Source: an uncultured Nitrospinota bacterium (GTDB lineage Bacteria; Tectomicrobia; Entotheonellia; J063; CAVPRW01). From it: 64,000 nt of DNA. Shown here in pieces: positions 1 to 9,794 of the stretch. Position 1 is the first letter of the stretch. Each line of letters opens with the position of its first letter. The notes under the pieces are model-generated. The model did no database searches and had not been told where the DNA came from. It saw only the letters and a list, made by a program, of their open reading frames with translations. The stretch is from positions 224,001 to 288,000 of the forward strand of contig CAVPRW010000031.1 in NCBI GenBank assembly GCA_963707985.1, given 5' to 3'. Made by a program: the position numbers and the translations under genes.

Positions 1-1
1 C

Positions 2-742
2 GTACGCTTCTTCCCAACGCTGCGCGAAAAGTGGGAATCATACGCCACTGCTCTCAGCATGATCGATTGGCAAAAGACGCGGGCATACTGCCTGGAATTC
101 TTGGCTTTTCCTTCGGAAATCTGGATCAACCTCGAAGGCCGCATGCCGCACGGCACCGTTAAGCCAGGAGCGGATTATGAGAAGTTGATTGCGATCTTAC
201 AAGAGAACCTGTCGAACCTGAGCGATGACTCGACCGGAAAGCGCCTGATTCACAAGGTATACCGCAAGGAGGAAGTGTACCAAGGTCCCTATATCGATCG
301 GGCTCCAGACCTGGTGTTCTCCTGGTGGGAAGAGGGGGGCCTGGAGTCACGCAAGAGTGGCGCGGGAGCGAAGCATCCGAGCCTGCGCACCTATGCCGAG
401 GCACGCGAGGAGCTCGCGGCCTCGTGGAGCGGCACGCATCGCCTGGATGGCATCTTGCTGATGAAAGGTGCCCCATTCCGTGCCGGTGTCACACTCTCAC
501 AGGCCCATATCACGGATGTTGCCCCTACCCTGTTGTATCTGCTCGGGCTCCCGGTGCCGGCCGAGATGGATGGGAAGGTCATGCTCGAGGCCTTTCGTGA
601 GGAATTTGTCTCCTTGCACCCGGTGCAATACCAGGAAAACGATCTGCTGACGCATGCCACTCGGCCCTCAGAGGCAGTCTACACCATGCTGGAGACGGCA
701 AAAATCCAGGCGCGGCTCAAAGATTTGGGCTACATCGATTAA
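2..742 (+). CDS. Alkaline phosphatase superfamily protein (type I phosphodiesterase/nucleotide pyrophosphatase, COG3379-like), 5' partial
   Basis: IWINLEGRxPxG, APDL, SGTHRLDGIL, DVAPTLLYLLG motifs; C-terminal tail IQARLKDLGYID; ORF open at the window edge. Confidence 0.85.
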   Translation, partial: VRFFPTLREKWESYATALSMIDWQKTRAYCLEFLAFPSEIWINLEGRMPHGTVKPGADYEKLIAILQENLSNLSDDSTGKRLIHKVYRKEEVYQGPYIDRAPDLVFSWWEEGGLESRKSGAGAKHPSLRTYAEAREELAASWSGTHRLDGILLMKGAPFRAGVTLSQAHITDVAPTLLYLLGLPVPAEMDGKVMLEAFREEFVSLHPVQYQENDLLTHATRPSEAVYTMLETAKIQARLKDLGYID

Positions 743-767
743 CCGAGGGAGAGATGAGGGGCAACTG

Positions 768-2460
768 ATGGCAAAAATTGTGATGCTTGGCCTCGATGGT
801 GCGACATTCGATCTCATTCTGCCCTGGGTGCAGGCAGGCAAGTTGCCACACTTCGCAAGGCTCCTGAACACGGGGATAGCGGGAACGCTGCGCTCCACCA
901 TACCGCCGATGTCGCCTCCTGCCTGGAACTCCTTCATGACCGGAACAAATCCCGGCAAGCATGGCATTTATGATTTTACCGGCCGCACATCGCATAGTTA
1001 TGAAACCCATTTCATCAACGCCAGCTGGCGTCGGGCACCAACGCTTTGGCAGCCACCTGAGCCAAGCGGGCAAACGTGTCGCCGTGTTGTCGGTGCCCTT
1101 CACCTATCCTCCCGAAAAAGTCAACGGCATCATGGTGAGTGGCATGGATGCACCAGGGGTGGCGGGATTGGTGGATCGCAGTGCCACATATCCCCCTGAG
1201 CTCTGTGACGACATCAATGCGCAACGTTGGCGACTACCCGATGGGGCCGAATCTGTTCGCTTACACCGACCCTGGCGACATGGTTGATGCCGCCTTGCGC
1301 ACGATCGACAAGAAGACCGCGGCGGCGCGGTATCTCTATCAAGCAGGAGGACTGGGACTGTTTTCATGTTGGTGCTGGGCGAGACTGATGCCGCCAGCCA
1401 TCGATTCTGGCGCTTCTGCGATCCCGTCTGTCGCCGCTGCGTGATGAGACTCCCTGAGCGACAAGGTGGCCCATTCCCTGCTTAGCGATCTATCAAAAGA
1501 CCGACGAGACCATCGGCCACTTTATGGGTTGGCCTCTCGGGATACCACCGTGATGGTGATGTCCGATCATGGGAACGGCGGCAACAGCGACAAGGCCGTG
1601 TATCTCAATCGTTGGCTCGAGAACGCGAGGGATTGCTGCGTTTCAAGCGCTTCAAGGGCTTTGTCAAGGCGGGCATCGAACGCGCCAAGCAGATACGGCT
1701 TGCGAGTGCTCCCCCCACTATCAAACGGGCCATCTACCGCATGACGAATTTCCCAGATATGGTGGAGTCATGGGCGCGGTTCTCGGTCATTGACTGGACA
1801 CAGACCCAGGCGTATTCGGAGGAAACCCCTTATTTCCCGTCGATATGGATCAACCTAAAGGGCAGGGAACCACTGGGCCTTGTGGACCCGCACGAGTATG
1901 AGACGGTGCGCGACCCATCTCACGGCTCAACTAGCGCCGTGGCGGAATCCCTAACCGGCCAGACGCATGATCAAGCAGGTGCACCGGACGAGAGGAGCTC
2001 TATGCTGGTCCCCAGGTCGAGCAGGCGCCCGACCTGACGATCGAGTGGGAGCTCGACAACGGTTATTCCTACCTCTTTCGGCCCAGCACCGGACGAGGAC
2101 GGCTCCGGTCAGCCACTAGACGGTCATGAGCGGAAGCGTGTCAAGAGCGGGGATCATCGAGATGAAGGAATTTTCTTGGCGAGCGGTCCCCACCTCACAG
2201 CCCCGATGGAAATCAAGGAGGCAAGCATCATCGATCTGGCGCCGACCATCCTGTATCTATTCGGTGTACCGATCCCATCGAACCTGGATGGAGAGGTACT
2301 GACCCAGATATTTGCGGATGCCTACCTAGCGACGCACCCCATACACTATGCGCATGCACTGGGATCAAATGGGGATAGTACAGCATCGCCACACGACTAC
2401 TCAGCCGTAGAAGAAGAAGCGATCAAAGCCCGCTTACAAGGGCTTGGATACATCGAGTAA
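768..2460 (+). CDS. Second AlkP superfamily (COG3379-like) protein, split by several frameshifts
   Basis: GLDGATFD, RSTIPPMSPPAW, NPGKHGIYDF, VMSDHG, IWINLKGREP, SGDHR, DLAPTILYL pieces in successive frames; ends IKARLQGLGYIE. Confidence 0.85.
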
Positions 2461-2675
2461 TCACGGTGGGTGTATGAAGCTAGCGCTTATCGTGGGATCG
2501 CTGGCTTCGGTCTTTATGATCATCATTACCGCTGCGGAAAAGCAGGATTTGGATTACGATATCTAGTAAGGGTCAAATCCATGGAAAGCCTCAAACATTG
2601 TACAGAATCTTGACACATCAAGCCAGGTCATCATTTCCCACATTGCTTGGGGAACTACAAGGAGGTTATACCAGT

Positions 2676-3434
2676 ATGGATATCCAGTATGACAAAATAA
2701 TGTTCCCAACTGTGAGTGATTATCCGGAAGAGATGTTTGATATTAGTAGTCCTAAGGGGTATAGAGTAGGATGTGGTAAAGCCTATTTAGCTTCAAATGT
2801 CATAGCGAAGAGATTTTTTGTAAGAAGAATAAAAGAGGCCATCCGCCTATTGCCTCAAAGAGACTATGAGTCGATAGCTGACATTGGAACCGGATCAGGA
2901 TTTTATCTGCCATTACTCTCAACCATTGGGAAACAAGTCCATGCTGTGGATATAGCTCCTGTTCTAGATTTAACTCAACAGATGATTCTTAAGAAAGGTC
3001 TCCGTAACATTACTTTTCATAAATCCGATGTCAGGAATTTGCCGTTCAAGACCGGTTATTTTGATTTGATGTTTTGTCTCAGTCTCATAGAGCATGTAGA
3101 AGATCAAGAAAAGACTCTCATCGAATTTAAACGTGTTATTAAAAATAATGGGATACTACTTTTAGGATATCCATTACAAAATATGCCACAGATCATTTTT
3201 GAAGGCGCAAACCGTAATATACAGTTTGTTAAGCTATTTTTTAAAGTGAGTTTTAGAGATGCAATAAGAAGAATAAACGAGTCAAGAGATTACCCACACG
3301 ATCATGTTGCAGATTTTAAAAACATTAGAAGAAAAGCGGAAAAACATTTCTTATTAAGAGATTTTACTACCGTAAGATTGCTTGGGTTCCCAGTATATGA
3401 AATCTTGTTATTAGTGCATAACAATCTCGCCTGA
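2676..3434 (+). CDS. Class I SAM-dependent methyltransferase
   Basis: DIGTGSG, AVDI, LPFxxGYFDL, LIEHV motifs; GGAGG RBS at 2661; visibly AT-rich. Confidence 0.85.
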   Translation: MDIQYDKIMFPTVSDYPEEMFDISSPKGYRVGCGKAYLASNVIAKRFFVRRIKEAIRLLPQRDYESIADIGTGSGFYLPLLSTIGKQVHAVDIAPVLDLTQQMILKKGLRNITFHKSDVRNLPFKTGYFDLMFCLSLIEHVEDQEKTLIEFKRVIKNNGILLLGYPLQNMPQIIFEGANRNIQFVKLFFKVSFRDAIRRINESRDYPHDHVADFKNIRRKAEKHFLLRDFTTVRLLGFPVYEILLLVHNNLA

Positions 3435-3548
3435 GAAGAGTAACATAGTTATCATCTAACTCTCATGCCGTGACTAGCCTTTATCCTGGAAACCTCAAGG
3501 CAAGATTCGATCAATATCAATCCAGCCGACAATACGGAAAGGACGACC

Positions 3549-4697
3549 TTGAGACTGCGGACATGGATATTGATCGGTTTGTTACTGTTAGGCTTAATGG
3601 CTCCTGTTACATTCGTGGTGGGGAGCCACCTACTCCAGACCAGCCCAACCATGGCGAGGACTATCGGCACACCGCTGCCGGTCAGAGTTGCCACCGCTAA
3701 GCAGACAACATTGACGGAGATCATTGGAGCAAGCGGTGAGGTCGAGCCGATTACACTTGTGAATCTTACTGCTATCATGTCGGTGCGCGTCGAGCAGGTT
3801 GCTGTTGACCTTGGTGATATCGTCTCACCAGGGCAAGCGCTGTTGCGCTTTGATCGTGAGATAGTTAACGCCGCCGTCATTGCGGCACAAACGGCTATGG
3901 AGCAGGCGACTGCTGATCGGGGGCGTGCAGCGAACTACCTCCAGCGCATTGGGGCCATCTATACCCAGGGACTTCTACCAAAGCTTGAGGTAGAGAAGGC
4001 GCAGGCCACACTCGATGCAGCTAACACCAAGCATAATGAAGCAAAGGAAAAACTCGTCCGGGTCAGAAAAGATCTTCAGAACCTAGCCGTCACGTCGCCA
4101 GTGGCCGGCATCGTCATGGAGCGCCCAATTAACGTGGGAGAAACTCCAGCGCTTCGGCAAACGCTGATGACGCTTGGCCGGATTGATCACGTGCTTGTGG
4201 CCACGAATATTGCCGAGGAACGGATTGGCGAGATCCATGTTCAGCAGCCCGCCACCGTCACCGTGACCGCCTTCCCCAACGACGTGTTGGAGGGAGAGGT
4301 CGTGAAGATTAAGCCCGTGACCGATCCGAAAACCAGGACGTTTCTCGTCTATACAAAGCTAGCAAATCCAGCGTTGAAATTGAAGCCCGGATTAACGGCT
4401 TTTACGCGAATCAAGCGAGAGCATCAGACCTTAGCAGTGCCAAGCGTCTCTCTGATCAATCCGACAGGCATACAGGAAAGCTCCGTCTTTGTCCTGGAAA
4501 ATGGCACAACCGCCAGGCTCAGAAAAGTGCAGGTCGGGGTGGTCGCCGCAGGCATGACGCAGATCCTCAATGGCCTGGCGGAAGGGGAACAAGTGGTGGT
4601 GGTCGGCCAGTTCTCCCTGAGGGACAATGACCACGTGTTAATCGGGGATGAATTTAAAGAGCTCAAAGAACAAGTTGCCCGGAAACAGTCGAATTAG
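3549..4697 (+). CDS. Efflux transporter periplasmic adaptor (MFP/HlyD family)
   Basis: N-terminal TM, GDIVSPGQ lipoyl half-motif, SPVAGIV, LKPGL, GLAEGEQVVVVG. Confidence 0.9.
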   Translation: MRLRTWILIGLLLLGLMAPVTFVVGSHLLQTSPTMARTIGTPLPVRVATAKQTTLTEIIGASGEVEPITLVNLTAIMSVRVEQVAVDLGDIVSPGQALLRFDREIVNAAVIAAQTAMEQATADRGRAANYLQRIGAIYTQGLLPKLEVEKAQATLDAANTKHNEAKEKLVRVRKDLQNLAVTSPVAGIVMERPINVGETPALRQTLMTLGRIDHVLVATNIAEERIGEIHVQQPATVTVTAFPNDVLEGEVVKIKPVTDPKTRTFLVYTKLANPALKLKPGLTAFTRIKREHQTLAVPSVSLINPTGIQESSVFVLENGTTARLRKVQVGVVAAGMTQILNGLAEGEQVVVVGQFSLRDNDHVLIGDEFKELKEQVARKQSN

Positions 4698-4699
4698 CA

Positions 4700-6052
4700 A
4701 TGTCCGAATGTCGGTGGTTGATTGCTCTGTCCCTATCGCTCTGCGCATGGCTTCTGCCGCTTCTGCTGGCGGCGGAAGCAGCGCAAGCCATTCATTGCGA
4801 TCTGCAGGCCTGCATCGAGCTGGCCTTTAGCAACCATCCCTCCTTGAAGGCGAGCGACGCCCGGCAAGCCGCAGCTCAATCACAAGTCGACGTGAGGGTG
4901 GCAGAGCGCAAGCCAACCCTAGAACTGGAAGGCGAGAGCGGTTATCTGTCTGGTCAATCTATCTCGCCCTTCGCGGCACTCTCAGGATTTACTCAAGAAG
5001 GCGTCCGACAGCAAAATGTCGCTGGAGGATACGCTCAAGCAATCCTTGGTCTGGAGGTGCCGCTCGTCAAGGAAGGAGCTTTGGTAGGACAGACGTCGGC
5101 ATCCATACGCCAGGCTGAATTCAAGGTCTCTGAAGAGGGATGGCAAAACCGCGCCCTCCGTCTCCAAGTTACCTCGACCGTCGCGGTAGCCTATGTTGAC
5201 GTGCTCAAGCGGCACAAAGCGGTCCAGATCGCTACAGAGGTTGTGTCAGCTTTCGAGGAAGCCTACCAGCTGGCACTGGCCAAATTTCAGCAGCATCTCA
5301 TCTCCAAAAATGACCTGTTGCTAGCGGAGGTAAGGGTTGCAATGGCCAAGCGAGATCTTTCCGTCGCTCGCCTGGCTTTGCAAAAAAGTCAACGAGCCCT
5401 CGCCTCGGCGATTGGGTTCGATCAAGCATCCACAGTGGAAATTCAAGACCTTCCGGACTCTTGGGCTTTGCTTCCACCTCTGGAAAGGCTGCTGGAGCTG
5501 GCCCGTCAGACACATCCGGAGTTGAAGGCGCGACAGTTCAAAGTCTCGGGGAGTGTAGAGGAAGTCAGTCGTATCCGGAGCGAGCAATATCCCAGCCTAT
5601 CGTTGAAAGCCCAATATGGCGCTGTAGATGCTTTCGCAGGACACCCCAGCGATCAGTGGACGGCGGCGGTCAAGGTGAAAGTACCGATCTTTGACTTCGG
5701 TTTAATCCGAAGCAAGGCAGAGGTCGCCCGTGCCAGGGTGGCCGAACAGGAAAAGCTGCTGATGGATTTCCAGCGCGGCCTCGAATATACGATTGCGGAA
5801 CTCTACCTGCATACCCAAGAACTGGAAGCCGAGGCGACACTCATCCTCAAGCAGATAGAACAGGCGCTGGAAGCAGTGAGATTGAATCAGGCTATGTTCC
5901 AGCAGGACCTTTTGCCCTTGTCGGCAGTGCTCGATGCTGAGGCTGTGTTGCAAAAGCTGCATCTGGCTCTCAGCGAGGCGGAGTATGACCAAAAACTGGC
6001 GCGTTATCAGTTACGGGTGGTGAGTGGGGGATGGGAGCCCAAAGTGCCATAG
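4700..6052 (+). CDS. TolC family outer membrane efflux protein
   Basis: Signal peptide, two helical repeats (AFSNHPSLK / ARQTHPELK), VPIFDFG; follows the MFP gene. Confidence 0.85.
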   Translation: MSECRWLIALSLSLCAWLLPLLLAAEAAQAIHCDLQACIELAFSNHPSLKASDARQAAAQSQVDVRVAERKPTLELEGESGYLSGQSISPFAALSGFTQEGVRQQNVAGGYAQAILGLEVPLVKEGALVGQTSASIRQAEFKVSEEGWQNRALRLQVTSTVAVAYVDVLKRHKAVQIATEVVSAFEEAYQLALAKFQQHLISKNDLLLAEVRVAMAKRDLSVARLALQKSQRALASAIGFDQASTVEIQDLPDSWALLPPLERLLELARQTHPELKARQFKVSGSVEEVSRIRSEQYPSLSLKAQYGAVDAFAGHPSDQWTAAVKVKVPIFDFGLIRSKAEVARARVAEQEKLLMDFQRGLEYTIAELYLHTQELEAEATLILKQIEQALEAVRLNQAMFQQDLLPLSAVLDAEAVLQKLHLALSEAEYDQKLARYQLRVVSGGWEPKVP

Positions 6053-7059
6053 TATTCTCTAAATCGATACGGGGCTTAGCCATCCTGCTCGTCTTCTATC
6101 CGCTGCGATGGATTGTGCGCTGTCTATCCTGGCGGCAAGCGCTTGGCGTCGGCACCTTTCTGGGTACTTGCCATGCTGTGCTAATCAGAGATCAGTTGCA
6201 TCGACAGATCCTGCAGGGTCTCAAAACCGTTTTCCAACATCAATTGCCTGAAGCGGCGATCAAGCGCTTGGTGCGGCGTAATCTGGTGACCCGCTATAAG
6301 CATGTCATCGACGGTTTCTTCTATCAATGCCTGGATGAAGCGCTCGTTGAGCGCCTGGTACCGAGCGTCGAAGGAAGGGGTTACCTGGATCAAGCGCTGT
6401 CTACCGGGAAAGGGGTCATCCTACTGGCCTCGCACTTCGGTTCGTCTGGAATGTTGATCGCGGGTCTTATCTTTCGAGGCTATCGAGTCCACCAGGTCTT
6501 CACCCTCAGTCCCCAGCCGCAATACCGTTCCTGGCATCGCTTGGAACACGCCGTCATGCGGGCTAAGCTCCGGTGCTGGGAACATGAACGGGTGAGTTTT
6601 GAGTTTTGGAGACCCGGAATGTATCTCAGACCACTTTATCGAAAGCTCCTGGAAGGGAAAGTCGTGCTCTTGTATGGCGACGGGGCCCGGGGCCGACAGT
6701 TTACGCGCGTGGAGTTCATGGGCCATCCCCTGGCCCTCTCGGTGGGACCGTTGATCATCGCTGCCAGAGCACAGGTCGCGCTGCTCCCAGCTTTTATCAT
6801 CCGCGGTGCAGATGACCGCCATCGCATTATCCTCGAGGAGCCGATCATGCTGAAAGATGATGCCCCTGCCAGCATCCAAAGGGGGGCCGAGCAATACGCA
6901 GCGCTGCTGGCGCAGTATGTCAGTGCCTACCCAGACCATTGGTTTACTTGGGCACGCCTTCGACGAGGCAAAGCGGAAATCAGCTCAGCACTGCAGCTCT
7001 CTACAGAGGAAACAGAACCGACCAACTTTTACCTTTCCGGGAAACGGCAAGAGGGATGA
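6031..7059 (+). CDS. Lysophospholipid/LpxL-like acyltransferase
   Basis: GKGVILLASHFGS, VEFMG, YPDHWFTW motifs. Confidence 0.85.
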   Translation: MGAQSAIVFSKSIRGLAILLVFYPLRWIVRCLSWRQALGVGTFLGTCHAVLIRDQLHRQILQGLKTVFQHQLPEAAIKRLVRRNLVTRYKHVIDGFFYQCLDEALVERLVPSVEGRGYLDQALSTGKGVILLASHFGSSGMLIAGLIFRGYRVHQVFTLSPQPQYRSWHRLEHAVMRAKLRCWEHERVSFEFWRPGMYLRPLYRKLLEGKVVLLYGDGARGRQFTRVEFMGHPLALSVGPLIIAARAQVALLPAFIIRGADDRHRIILEEPIMLKDDAPASIQRGAEQYAALLAQYVSAYPDHWFTWARLRRGKAEISSALQLSTEETEPTNFYLSGKRQEG

Positions 7060-8510
7060 CCACCACTAGCAAACACGTGCTCAGCAATTCGATGTTCTGC
7101 GCAGCAGGGTATGCCATTGGAGCGGCCATATTCTTTGTGACCGTTGTGATAATTGCCAGATACCTCGGCGCGGAGGGCTTTGGACACTTCTCCTTAATCA
7201 TCGCCTTGGTAGGAATATTTCAATTAGTGGCCGACATGGGGGTGCGGAATATCCTCATTCGGAACATGACATTGGAGCTTAAAAATTTTCGAATACACTT
7301 GGGAATTGCCCAGACGCTGCTATGGATGCTGTGCCTCGTCAGCCTAGGGTGCATCGTAGTGCTCGCCAATTTACTTAGTCTGACGCCTGAAGTGCGTCAA
7401 TCGATGTATATCGCTGGCCTGGCTGCAATTGTCACGTTTCATAGCCTTGGCTACAGTGCGGTCCTGCGAGCGTTCGAGGAGATGGGGTGGGATATCCTGG
7501 GGTTCGTGCTGCACAAGGTAATCTTCATAGTGGGCATCTGGCTGGTCACGCAAACGAGTTTCGGAGTAAAAGGAGTTTTCACTGCTCTGCTGCTAGCCAA
7601 CGTCACTCAGTGGTGCTATTTCTGGGGATTGGTGGGCTTCCGGCATGGGCGTGCGAAGCCATGCTTGGATCTGGCCGCCGCATGGGTGCTCCTATCGGAA
7701 GCTCTGCCGCTGGGAATCGCCGAGATACTCGGACGATTGACCCAACACGTGGACAAACTCTTACTCGCCGCTCTAGGCACGCCAACGGCGTTGGGACTTT
7801 TCAGCGCCGCCTACAAATTCTTAGAGGCCATGCACCCCTTCACGGTGAACATGACCTTGCCGCTGTTTCCTGTCTTCTCCAGACTTGCGCAGATCTCTTC
7901 CGTACAGCTGTTCAGGGCATATGAGCAGAGCCTCAAATTCTTATATGCCATGGGCATGCCCCTCGCCGTCATGCTATTCGTCTTCTCGGATAACATTGTA
8001 CTGCTGTTCTTTGGAGAAGCGTTCCGCCAGGCCGACGTGGCTGTCCGGCTTCTGGCCCCGACAGTGGTCCTGCTCCTCCCGACGTCCCTCTATGGCTATA
8101 TGTTCACCGCACTGGGCCGCCAGCGCCTCTACATGGGATGCATGGCAGCGGCCCTCATCGTCAATACGGTGCTAGACCTCCTGCTCATCCGTTTCTATAG
8201 CTTCATCGGAGCAGCTATCGGTACCTTGGTCGGCGAAGGCGTGCTGTTCCTGGCTGGGCTGCTGATGCTGCACAGGCTCGGGTGCGGTTTTGGCAGCCTA
8301 TGGTTGGTGTGGCGCCCGCTTCTGGCTGGCCTCGCTCTGGGGCTTTGCTGCTGGGTGACCAAGGATATGAAGCTCGCATCAGCGTTCTTGGGCATTTTTA
8401 GCGGCATGGTTGTCTATACCGGTGTGCTACTCATTTTCCAGACCTTCACGCAACAGGAGCGCTCTCTCTTGCTGGATGCTATGCGAGTCCGGTTGAGCCC
8501 TGGCAACTAG
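7056..8510 (+). CDS. Polysaccharide flippase (Wzx/MOP family)
   Basis: IARYLGAEGFG, ADMG, DKLLL, GLFSAAYK, GAAIGTL; many TM segments; ATG overlaps the upstream stop. Confidence 0.9.
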   Translation: MTTTSKHVLSNSMFCAAGYAIGAAIFFVTVVIIARYLGAEGFGHFSLIIALVGIFQLVADMGVRNILIRNMTLELKNFRIHLGIAQTLLWMLCLVSLGCIVVLANLLSLTPEVRQSMYIAGLAAIVTFHSLGYSAVLRAFEEMGWDILGFVLHKVIFIVGIWLVTQTSFGVKGVFTALLLANVTQWCYFWGLVGFRHGRAKPCLDLAAAWVLLSEALPLGIAEILGRLTQHVDKLLLAALGTPTALGLFSAAYKFLEAMHPFTVNMTLPLFPVFSRLAQISSVQLFRAYEQSLKFLYAMGMPLAVMLFVFSDNIVLLFFGEAFRQADVAVRLLAPTVVLLLPTSLYGYMFTALGRQRLYMGCMAAALIVNTVLDLLLIRFYSFIGAAIGTLVGEGVLFLAGLLMLHRLGCGFGSLWLVWRPLLAGLALGLCCWVTKDMKLASAFLGIFSGMVVYTGVLLIFQTFTQQERSLLLDAMRVRLSPGN

Positions 8511-8576
8511 TGCGTCTAGATGCCAGAGGATTGATATCCGAGGAAATACTATTACAAATGGAGCCAATCTGCCCGG

Positions 8577-9794
8577 ATGAGAGGATGTGATTTGAGGAGA
8601 TTGCTCACACTTGCTGGTGTGCTGGTCCTGACGATGAGCGCCTTTCTCACCTGGATTGAGGCGACCATCACTGGAGGGGCGAATCCCAGCATAAGCTTTG
8701 GATGGACGGCTGCATTGATTGGGTGTATGGCAGGCATCGGCTGGTTTTATCGGTCAAGTAAGGTGTTAGCCGTTTGCGGGGTGATGGGACTAGGGCTGTG
8801 CGGTTTTTCGATTGTTCACTTGGCCCTGAGAGATCCTGCCTTCTGGTCCCTGGTCGACGAAAATTCCCAGTACGCGAGTATCATGAGCTTCTCTCGCCTC
8901 AACCTTCCGGCGAATTACGGCATCGAGCCAGCCTTTCAGATGAACCTCTCAACCGAAACCGTGCTGGGTCGGCTGGCCACAGCCTTCTATTTTATGGGCT
9001 GGGGATGCCTAGTTTGTCTGATGGGAGGTCTCTTGCTCCTCATCCCATCCCTCACCGTCAGCGAGGGGCGAAATATGCGGTGGGTGGTCCTCACTGCAAG
9101 TATGATGGTTGCCATTCAAGGGCTGATGCTATTCAAGGGGTTTGCTGCGCAATATCTTCAAGAACAGGGCGATCGTGACATGGCCCGCGGCCGTTATGTT
9201 GAGGCGATCGCAAAATACGAGGCTGCCCAACGCTGGGATCACCAACTGACCGGGAGTGAATTGAGTCATCTCCACTGGGGTAATGCCTACAATCAGCTAG
9301 GAATACCTTCACATCCGAACGCACGTTTTTATCTTGGTGATCGTTATGCTCAGGAGATGAATTTTGTTGCAGCTCTCGCTGAATATTTGCTGGCGGCCCA
9401 GGAGGCCCCAGCACCACTAAGGGTAATCATCCATAAGCGCATCGCGTGGACCTACGTCGCTATAGGCCTGGCGTCGTACCGAAACGGCGAGGTTGGCCCA
9501 GCGATTGGTTGGTGGGAGGCCGCATTGGCCTTTGACCCAGCACAGCTCCAGGTTCCCTATTTTCTAGGCAAAGCGTATTTTGATCAGGGCCGCTACGAAG
9601 AGAGCATCGCGATGGGCCGCTTCCTCATCTATCGCTCACAGAATCGGCTGTTGAATGCGAACGTGCAGGCTAATCTTGGCGACGCATTTTGGAAAAACAA
9701 CGATTTTACAAGCGCGCGAGAGGCTTATGAGGCGTCGATGAGCCTTGACCCTTTCGGCAATTTCAGGATCTTCAAAAGCCTAGGCGGGACATGA
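8577..9794 (+). CDS. Membrane protein with C-terminal TPR repeats
   Basis: Several N-terminal TM helices followed by TPR-like helices (YFLGKAYFDQGRYEESI, ANLGDAFW). Confidence 0.7.
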   Translation: MRGCDLRRLLTLAGVLVLTMSAFLTWIEATITGGANPSISFGWTAALIGCMAGIGWFYRSSKVLAVCGVMGLGLCGFSIVHLALRDPAFWSLVDENSQYASIMSFSRLNLPANYGIEPAFQMNLSTETVLGRLATAFYFMGWGCLVCLMGGLLLLIPSLTVSEGRNMRWVVLTASMMVAIQGLMLFKGFAAQYLQEQGDRDMARGRYVEAIAKYEAAQRWDHQLTGSELSHLHWGNAYNQLGIPSHPNARFYLGDRYAQEMNFVAALAEYLLAAQEAPAPLRVIIHKRIAWTYVAIGLASYRNGEVGPAIGWWEAALAFDPAQLQVPYFLGKAYFDQGRYEESIAMGRFLIYRSQNRLLNANVQANLGDAFWKNNDFTSAREAYEASMSLDPFGNFRIFKSLGGT

